Assembly (NCBI GenBank): GCA_037481775.1
Contig: JBBFKZ010000013.1
Span: 12,205-36,753 of the forward strand
Source of the DNA: Candidatus Bathyarchaeia archaeon
Lineage (GTDB): Archaea; Thermoproteota; Bathyarchaeia; Bathyarchaeales; Bathycorpusculaceae
Length of the DNA stretch: 24,549 nucleotides
Direction of reading: 5' to 3'
Shown here: positions 9,079 through 15,222 of the stretch, in pieces
Numbering within the stretch: position 1 is the stretch's first letter
Layout of the letters: each line of letters opens with the position of its first letter
Notes under the pieces: model-generated
Databases searched by the model: none
Seen by the model: only the letters and a program-made list of their open reading frames with translations
What the model was told of the DNA's origin: nothing
Position numbers and translations under genes: made by a program

Positions 9079-9189
9079 AACACGTTAAGTTTTGATTCTG
9101 GTTCAAGCACTTATAAGAAACGTGATTGGGAAGGCTATATTGAAATTCGTTGCCCAAATTGTAACGTTAAAATTGATATTATTTCCTAA
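9079..9189 (+). pseudogene. possible remnant of a Zn-ribbon gene
   Basis: Startless frame NTLSFDSGSSTYKKRDWEGYIEIRCPNCNVKIDIIS* following TGA 9076-9078, next to a T8A8 homopolymer. Confidence 0.3.
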
Positions 9190-9231
9190 GGGACTATGTA
9201 ATCACGTTTCAAAAAATAACAAGGAGAAATT

Positions 9232-9585
9232 ATGAAGAAATGGAAGAGTTGGATTTGCCCTGATTGTGGCGCCAAAGAAGGCGAATTGCATCAAGTGAGA
9301 TGCGATATGGAAATATGCCCCAAATGCCACAAACAACTAATAACATGTGGTTGCTTCAAAAAACGCTCAGAACTTCCATTCAGAATACCATACATTCTCG
9401 TTCCCTTTCATTGCGGATTGTATGGGGAGCAGTGGCCAGAGTTGTTTACAGTACCACAAGCAGAATGGGAAAAGTATGTAATACCAAATCTGCAACGTGA
9501 AGTCTTGTGCAGGGACTGCTACGAAGAGTTAAAACAAATTTTTCCGAAAGGATGGAGAAACGTAATGGATAATCAAAGGCGTTAA
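9232..9585 (+). CDS. Cys-rich multi-Zn-finger hypothetical protein (mobile-element/phage-like)
   Basis: AAGGAG RBS. Motifs CPDC..H..CD..CPKC..CGC and CGLY..CRDC. Confidence 0.8.
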   Translation: MKKWKSWICPDCGAKEGELHQVRCDMEICPKCHKQLITCGCFKKRSELPFRIPYILVPFHCGLYGEQWPELFTVPQAEWEKYVIPNLQREVLCRDCYEELKQIFPKGWRNVMDNQRR

Positions 9586-9793
9586 CCCTCTAATAAGCGC
9601 CTTCCATGAATGGTCGAGCCGCTGCTAAAGCTCATCTTTTTTCGCATAGTGACTTTTTAAAAGCAGACGCGGCAACACTAATAATTCGTGATGCTGCTTG
9701 CTTCGTGAGTTTATCCTTTTTTCGCGTCAGGGCAGAACCGATCCAGGCCTTGATGGACTATGGACTGGAAAAATGGCGCGTAGGAGAAAGATT

Positions 9794-9815
9794 AAATGTT
9801 ACTTTAGTATCATTT
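9794..9815. promoter_or_regulatory. putative autoregulatory operator of the toxin-antitoxin operon
   Basis: Imperfect palindrome AAATGTTACT-TT-AGTATCATTT (9/10 pairs) overlapping BRE/TATA-like GAAAGATTAAAT. GGTGA SD at 9827-9831. Confidence 0.55.
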
Positions 9816-9837
9816 TATATAACAGTGGTGATATTAA

Positions 9838-10032
9838 ATGAGCGTGGTCAAAACAAGAAAAGTCGGCGGCTCCTTAGTAATAACCCTGCCCAAAAAACTT
9901 GTGGAAAGCAAAAAAATCAAAGAAGGAGAAATCCTCGAAATAACCATAAAAAAAGTCAGAAAAGACGGCTTCGGAATCTTCCGAGGAATGAAACCCTTCA
10001 CAGCAGCGGACGAGCTGACCACACATGACTGA
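9838..10032 (+). CDS. vapB: AbrB/MazE/SpoVT-family antitoxin
   Basis: KTRKVGGSLVITLPK..IKEGEILEI swapped-hairpin signature. It overlaps the downstream PIN gene by 8 nt. Confidence 0.9.
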   Translation: MSVVKTRKVGGSLVITLPKKLVESKKIKEGEILEITIKKVRKDGFGIFRGMKPFTAADELTTHD

Positions 10033-10414
10033 AAAATACATCATAGACGCCTACGCATGGATAGAATACTTGATAGGAAGCGAAGCAGGCACCAAAGTCA
10101 AACATATCATAGAAGAAGAGAATAACGAAATCTACACCTCTGCAGTCACGCTCGCAGAAGTCATAAGCAAAACCGCAAGACAGAAACGAAACGTCGAAGT
10201 AGCCTACGACATCCTAATAAGTAACTCAACCGTAATTGACATAAATGAGCAACTCTCAAAAGAAACAGGAATACTCCACGCAAAAATGCGAAAAACCAAA
10301 AAAGATTTTGGGCTAGCAGACGCCTACGTGCTTGCTACTGCAATTAAAACTAACGCTAAAATAATAACAGGCGATCCACATTTCAAGGGCATAAAAGAAG
10401 CAATCATCATATAG
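10025..10414 (+). CDS. vapC: PIN-domain VapC toxin (ribonuclease)
   Basis: IIDAYAW, TLAEV, LADAYVLATA and ITGDPHF carry the conserved acidic PIN residues. Confidence 0.93.
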   Translation: MTEKYIIDAYAWIEYLIGSEAGTKVKHIIEEENNEIYTSAVTLAEVISKTARQKRNVEVAYDILISNSTVIDINEQLSKETGILHAKMRKTKKDFGLADAYVLATAIKTNAKIITGDPHFKGIKEAIII

Positions 10415-10431
10415 CCACCCGAGGAAAATTC

Positions 10432-10989
10432 TTGCGCGAATTCATTCTTTACTCACGCCTAGGCCGCACTGACTCAAACTGGATAAATCTACACGATGCT
10501 GGACGTCTAGACATCGTGCATGAATGCATAGTCGCAAGCCTCTTTCTTTCGCATGGCATACGCCGAAACGTCACTTTCCACGCTGTCCTGAACGGGCCGC
10601 CGACGCCGCCGCTACACATTGAAATTGACGGCGGGAGGCTTTATGATGTGCGCACAGACGTGGACACGTGGCAACGCATCCTCAAAAAAGTGCTTTCCGG
10701 CAAGCCACATCCAGGCATAAGCATGAGCAAAACAAGTTTTGAGGCGCTTTTGAAGGCTAAAGCGGAAACCGCCCACATATTTGTCCTTGAAGAGGGCGGA
10801 AAAGACGTCGCTGAAACTGCGCTTTCCGAGAACGTCGTGTTCGTGCTCGGAGATCATGTGGGACTACCCAAGAAGGCAGAGGCGTACGCGCTGAGGTACG
10901 GCGACAAAATCCGCTTGGGCAAGCAGCCTTACCTTGCAGCATCATGCATAACTATACTAAACTACCTTCTAGACAAGCACTCCAGGTAG
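10432..10989 (+). CDS. trmY: tRNA (pseudouridine54-N1)-methyltransferase (SPOUT, DUF358)
   Basis: MREFI, AGRLDIV..C...LFLSHGIRRNV, GPP.PP, FVLGDHVGL and YLAASCITILNY.LD. TTG start. Confidence 0.9.
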   Translation: MREFILYSRLGRTDSNWINLHDAGRLDIVHECIVASLFLSHGIRRNVTFHAVLNGPPTPPLHIEIDGGRLYDVRTDVDTWQRILKKVLSGKPHPGISMSKTSFEALLKAKAETAHIFVLEEGGKDVAETALSENVVFVLGDHVGLPKKAEAYALRYGDKIRLGKQPYLAASCITILNYLLDKHSR

Positions 10990-11025
10990 GACGGCAACGA
11001 ACCACTCCTAGAAGGTCATGTGCAG

Positions 11026-12054
11026 CTAAATTTTGCTTTTGAAGTGCTCCCAGCCCCGCGGCTCAATCACGCCCTTTCTGCCGTCAACATCCAGCAGCAC
11101 CTGCCTGTCCCGCGTTGCTTTGCCGATTGGCAGCAGGCATCCGCCCATCGCCTCGACAACCGTTTTCGCCTCAATCCAGCGTTTGGGCTTCACGGTTACT
11201 ACAAGTTCATATTCTTCTCCGCCGTAAAGCGCCAACTCCACAGGGTCAAGCTTGTTGAACTCTGCAAATCTGCGCACTTCTTCTGCTATGGGCACGCTTT
11301 CAATTACGAAGCCTACGCCGCTCATCCGCGCAAGCTCGTGCAGGCTCCAAGCCAAGCCATCGCTTGAGTCAATTGAGGCGGAAACTGCACCTGACCTGCC
11401 GAGCGCCAACCCCTCCCGCAGCCGCGCCTTCGGCATGCACACCGCATTGAGAAGCACCTCACGCAGCTCTTTTGATACTGCAAAGCCGTCCGTGAGCAGC
11501 CGTAAACCAGCAGCCGTCTTGCCGAAGAAGCCAGTAACCGCAACGATGTCGCCAGCTTTGGCGCCACTGCGCAGCATAAGCGCTTTGCCGTCGGCGACTC
11601 CGAAAAGCGAAATTGAAATAATCAGATCTGAGGCCTCGTTTGTGTCTCCGCCGATAACGTAGGCGCCATACTCACGTGCTCCCGCATTTAACCCTCGCGC
11701 GATCTCCTCAACATCCCTTCGCATTGTTCCGCTGGGCAACCCAAGCGACACAAGCAGCGCCATCGGCTGTGCTCCTTTAGCTGCGAAGTCGCTAACATTC
11801 ATGACTACCGCTTTGCGTGCTGCTTGCCACAGGCTCATACCACGCGGCACGTCAGTGCAGCCTACAAGCATATCTGTCTTTAAAACGGCAATTTGCCCCT
11901 TGTTTATATCCACAGCAGCAACATCATCTCCGAAGGGCACAGGCGAATCAGCCATGGTGCTTAAGCGGCTTCGTATAATTTCAATTATCTCCCGTTCGCC
12001 CAGCCTTTCACTTGCCTTGTCTCCGTCATCTTTAAACTCTCTAGTCTTACTCAA
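11026..12054 (-). CDS. thiL: thiamine-monophosphate kinase
   Basis: LGEREII, GDDVA, KTDML, NVSDFAAKGA, GGDT, IDSSDGL, GGEEYELV and GWEHF. TTG 12054 chosen because GGAGG lies about 10 nt upstream (the track uses GTG 12087). Confidence 0.95.
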   Translation of the reverse strand: MSKTREFKDDGDKASERLGEREIIEIIRSRLSTMADSPVPFGDDVAAVDINKGQIAVLKTDMLVGCTDVPRGMSLWQAARKAVVMNVSDFAAKGAQPMALLVSLGLPSGTMRRDVEEIARGLNAGAREYGAYVIGGDTNEASDLIISISLFGVADGKALMLRSGAKAGDIVAVTGFFGKTAAGLRLLTDGFAVSKELREVLLNAVCMPKARLREGLALGRSGAVSASIDSSDGLAWSLHELARMSGVGFVIESVPIAEEVRRFAEFNKLDPVELALYGGEEYELVVTVKPKRWIEAKTVVEAMGGCLLPIGKATRDRQVLLDVDGRKGVIEPRGWEHFKSKI

Positions 12055-12201
12055 ACTATACAATCCTCCCCCACAAAATCTCCTCACAGATGTACGCTTT
12101 AAGTGTAAGAGTGATAAAACCTTTTAAAACTGACGCTTAAGCTGCTTTGGTGCCGAACATTTAAAAATGTGTTCACAAAAGTGAATTAGCGACTGCACGG
12201 T

Positions 12202-12275
12202 GCCTCGGTAGCTCAGCCCGGTAGAGCGGCTGCCTCGTAAGCAGCAGGCCGCGGGATCAAAGCCCGCCCGAGGCT
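12202..12275 (+). tRNA. tRNA-Thr(CGT), intronless, CCA not encoded
   Basis: Acceptor GCCTCGG/CCGAGGC, D arm GCTC/GAGC, anticodon arm GCTGC-CT-CGT-AA-GCAGC, T arm GCGGG-ATCAAAG-CCCGC, discriminator T. TATA-like ATTTAAAA at about 12159. Confidence 0.95.
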
Positions 12276-12465
12276 CTGATACCTCTAATTCTGGGTCCCT
12301 CACCATAAGCACGATTTTTAAGATCACATAAAACTGCATGTGCAGATGCGTGTAACTTTAAGGTTTAAGATGACCCTAAAGTAATAGCGGGTTTGTGCCT
12401 GCATTTTTCAACGCTTAATTTTTATGCTCCTTGCGCAGTATTAACGCTATGCAGAGGTACGTCAA

Positions 12466-13365
12466 TTGAAGGTTGCGCGAAAGGTCTACTATTTCCTTTT
12501 TGCCGCTGCTATACTTGTGGTGCTTTGGGTTTTGACTGTTCCAACTATGCTGCCTGAGGGCATCCGTGAAGCCTACATAGCCTACTTTAGGATTGTCCGC
12601 GCCTTAACAATCATTGTTCTTGGCGCCTTGGCGCTTGAAATTGCGGCTTCCCTCATAACTAGGCGACTTAAACATCTTGGCAGAGAAGTTTACCTCATCC
12701 GAAACGTTGTTTTGGTTATTGGCTATATTGTGCTTGGGCTTATGATCTTGGCAGTTTTTGAGGTTACTGGCATAACTGCTGTTGCCGGAGCTACAGTCTC
12801 AGGACTTGTGATTGGCTTGGGTTTGCAGCCTATATTGGCTAATCTTTTTTCTGGCTTGATAATTCTCGGGACTGGTTTCTTGAGGCCAGGTACTCAAGTT
12901 AAGATTTCTGGGGGATTGCCTTTGACAGCGACGCCTTTTCCTGCATATAAAATGTTTAGCCGCGATGAGTTTATGCCAACTTTGCGGGGTGTTGTGGTGG
13001 AGGTGGGTTTGCTTCACACAAAAATCTTGTCCGACAACGGGGAAATGGTTAAGATCCCAAACAATTTGGCTTTCTCCGATAGCGTTGTAATGGAAGAGAA
13101 AGAGGAACCTAAGACTGTTCGCGTGAGGTACGAGTTTTCAGTGGAATACGATCCTGATATGGTGATTGCAAAAATTCAAGAAGTATTAAGCAGAGAATTT
13201 GAAAATTTTAGGGTTTATGTGGAGGAGCAAAGCGACAAGAACTACTATATAGTCCTTGTATTGGCGACAACGCCGCCAAACAGTAAAGTCAGAGATTGCA
13301 GATCGGACCTGCTAAAATTGATGATCAAAGTTCACAGAGAGATCATCAAGGCGTCCCAAAAGTAG
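12466..13365 (+). CDS. mscS: small-conductance mechanosensitive channel family protein
   Basis: N-terminal TM helices, the TM3 signature GLVIGLGLQPILANLFSGLII, and GVVVEVGLLHTKI..NGEMVKIPNN. Confidence 0.9.
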   Translation: MKVARKVYYFLFAAAILVVLWVLTVPTMLPEGIREAYIAYFRIVRALTIIVLGALALEIAASLITRRLKHLGREVYLIRNVVLVIGYIVLGLMILAVFEVTGITAVAGATVSGLVIGLGLQPILANLFSGLIILGTGFLRPGTQVKISGGLPLTATPFPAYKMFSRDEFMPTLRGVVVEVGLLHTKILSDNGEMVKIPNNLAFSDSVVMEEKEEPKTVRVRYEFSVEYDPDMVIAKIQEVLSREFENFRVYVEEQSDKNYYIVLVLATTPPNSKVRDCRSDLLKLMIKVHREIIKASQK

Positions 13366-13410
13366 CTTTGCCGCGTCTCCGCTGGATGAGTGTAGCCAGC
13401 GAGCCTCCTG

Positions 13411-13530
13411 ATTAACAGCCTCAACATATACTTTGATGGTTTTAGGGTGCTTAGCATAGGTTTGAATCCAAGAGGCAAAGCCGTTGAGGGTTTAAGTGGC
13501 TATGTCCCTCTTCAGCTGCCTCTCCAAAAA
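13411..13530 (-). pseudogene. possible decayed tyrosine-integrase N-terminal (SAM-like) fragment
   Basis: FLERQLKRDIAT*TLNGFASWIQTYAKHPKTIKVYVEAVN resembles the F..W....P.TI..Y..AV core-binding pattern. It is interrupted by stops and was recognised by eye only. Confidence 0.3.
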
Positions 13531-13954
13531 TTATTCATGCTTCCACGTTGCCCAAGGAGTCGCTGATGGGTCCTCTGTCGAATAGTATTGATGGAAAGCT
13601 TCAGTCCAGCAGCATATATGCCGCGAGTTTCACCATTCAAAATAGAAAGATCATAATCATCCAAACCAATCAACTCAAAATCTCTAATGAATGAAAAACT
13701 TGGCAACAAAGATGGAATCATAACGTCCGCATGAATTCTACTAGCACAAGAAAACTTTCACCCAAACCACAGCGATAATATCAAAGCGGCGTTCTTACAT
13801 GAAAAATGAATTGAGGACGCCAGAAATAGAGGTTCAAGGCCTCCTTGAGGTTCCTTTTCATTTTTGTGTATTTCTGTTGTTCATGTGCGCAGAAATGTTT
13901 ATAAAATATTGATAAAACCGATACTTTTGAAGCGCCTACAGGGGAAGATGAGCC

Positions 13955-14290
13955 ATGCATCTATTTCACTTTCATCGCAACGAAGACAAACTTAAATGTC
14001 CCTACAAAGGCTGCGAAAAAACTTTTGAAAAGCCCACAATCATAACTGACTCATCTACCTTCCCGCGGCAATCCTACTATGCATGTCCCCACTGCATGTC
14101 CAAGCTTGAAATAACTGTGGAAAACCTGAAAATAGTAGACGTAAAACCAGCTGAATACCCCAAAGTATTCGAGTCACCCGCCAAATGCGCTCATTTCTCC
14201 AGCCTCCTAAATGCGCAGCTTCATAACGGCCTGCTCCCAGACGAGTGCCTGCTTTGCCCCAAAGTGCTTCAATGCCGCTCCCGCAGATAA
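13955..14290 (+). CDS. small two-module Zn-finger protein
   Basis: CPYKGC..CPHC ribbon plus CAH..PDECLLCPKVLQC. TATA-like TTTATAAAA at 13898-13906. Confidence 0.85.
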   Translation: MHLFHFHRNEDKLKCPYKGCEKTFEKPTIITDSSTFPRQSYYACPHCMSKLEITVENLKIVDVKPAEYPKVFESPAKCAHFSSLLNAQLHNGLLPDECLLCPKVLQCRSRR

Positions 14291-14478
14291 CCAACAACCC
14301 CGCCCTTTTCATGTAAGCATGCAGTGAACTGTTTACTTTTTTCAAAAAGGAGTGCACTGGGCAAAAAGCTCAGCCTTTGCCGCTTAATGCATAACCGTTT
14401 TAGATGCCCAAAACAAGCTATTAGAAACAAAACTCTTAAAACCAAGTAATAACTGAAAAATGACGACGCTTAACATAC

Positions 14479-14556
14479 GGGGCTGTCGGCTAGTTTGGTC
14501 TAGGCTTGTAGACTTGGGCTCTATAGACCCCGGTTCAAATCCGGGCAGCCCCACCA
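14479..14556 (+). tRNA. tRNA-Pro(TGG), intronless, CCA encoded
   Basis: Acceptor GGGGCTG/CAGCCCC-A-CCA, anticodon arm GTAGA-CT-TGG-GC-TCTAT, T arm CCCGG-TTCAAAT-CCGGG. Confidence 0.96.
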
Positions 14557-14622
14557 CTTAATGTTAGATTGCAAATTTTTAGGCGACAGAAATTTAAGCA
14601 TGTTAGCGCTCAGAAAATACTT

Positions 14623-14967
14623 ATGTCAGACAAACTAGCTGAGTACCTTACAAACTATATCCGAGAAAGAATTGGCGTATACAAAAAATATATTATAGCT
14701 GCCTTCAACAGCAAAGATCACTGCATCTGGTACCTTGAAAGCAGCGCAGGCATGCCCGTGCCCTCATCCGACCTGAAAAACTGCGAGCTCCTGCGAGACG
14801 CCAAAATCTTCACGGAGGACACACGCATATCACGAAACGGCCGCAACATCTACAAAGTTTTCTGCTTAACAGACTTCGGCAAACAACTCGCCAAAGCAAT
14901 GCTGAAAGAAAACCAGATCACGCCCGAAGCTGAGGAACCCGCCCTCGACGAAGCAGACAAAAAGTAG
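14623..14967 (+). CDS. hypothetical protein, probable winged-helix fold
   Basis: Wing-like RNIYKVFCLTDFGKQLA and an acidic tail. ATG 14623 lies about 25 nt after TATA-like TTTAAG, consistent with a leaderless transcript. Confidence 0.75.
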   Translation: MSDKLAEYLTNYIRERIGVYKKYIIAAFNSKDHCIWYLESSAGMPVPSSDLKNCELLRDAKIFTEDTRISRNGRNIYKVFCLTDFGKQLAKAMLKENQITPEAEEPALDEADKK

Positions 14968-15006
14968 CACAGCGGCATAAGGCTTAAAGTTGCCATACGC
15001 ACGCAT

Positions 15007-15028
15007 GCAAAAACCCGCCCGTTTTTGC
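15007..15028 (+). terminator. hairpin downstream of the hypothetical gene, possible terminator
   Basis: Perfect 8-bp stem GCAAAAAC-CCGCCC-GTTTTTGC, 40 nt after the stop, followed by T-rich DNA. Confidence 0.35.
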
Positions 15029-15128
15029 CGTCTATTCTATTGCAGGGTCCGACCGCCTAGGCGCGTGTTTTGTGGTGCTGTTTTAGCATTTTCTTGATTT
15101 TTCTATTCTATTTATGTGTAGACGCCAA

Positions 15129-15178
15129 GCAAAAGTTTAAATTTGATATTGGTAATTTGCGTGGGTTGTTTAACAATC
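15129..15178 (+). promoter_or_regulatory. hppA promoter with an inverted repeat at the predicted start site
   Basis: BRE/TATA GCAAAAGTTTAAAT (15129-15142), TTGTT-T-AACAA palindrome at 15166-15176 and GAGGT SD before ATG 15223. Confidence 0.5.
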
Positions 15179-15222
15179 AAAATCAAACCACAAATGATAC
15201 AGTAAACATGTGAGGTCTATTA

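Noticed and set aside
8660-9585. Cys-rich small ORFs as RiPP precursors for the neighbouring SPASM enzyme
   Set aside because: The cysteines are in CxxC Zn-finger pairs. The ORFs are divergently transcribed and compositionally foreign, and no peptidase or exporter is nearby.
9606-10028. 140-aa ORF overlapping the antitoxin
   Set aside because: An alternative frame across the promoter and abrB-type gene, with no recognisable motifs.
12124-12339. 71-aa minus-strand ORF
   Set aside because: It is the antisense of tRNA-Thr.
13512-13721. 69-aa minus-strand ORF
   Set aside because: No recognisable domain or RBS, and it lies in a region of broken frames. At best a pseudogene fragment.
13794-14317. 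12-bp perfect inverted repeat (CTTACATGAAAA / TTTTCATGTAAG) flanking the Zn-finger gene, as MITE or invertible-segment ends
   Set aside because: Short and AT-rich, does not extend, and has no target-site duplication or transposase. Compatible with chance.
15047-15062. GTCCGACCGCCTAGGC resembles the 3' hairpin of a ZTP (pfl) riboswitch
   Set aside because: The required upstream GACTGGCG pseudoknot partner and P1 are absent, and the element lies upstream of the predicted hppA TATA box.
15160-15222. Na+-sensing riboswitch in the hppA leader
   Set aside because: Only weak pairing is possible in a short A-rich leader, and I could not match the conserved motif.
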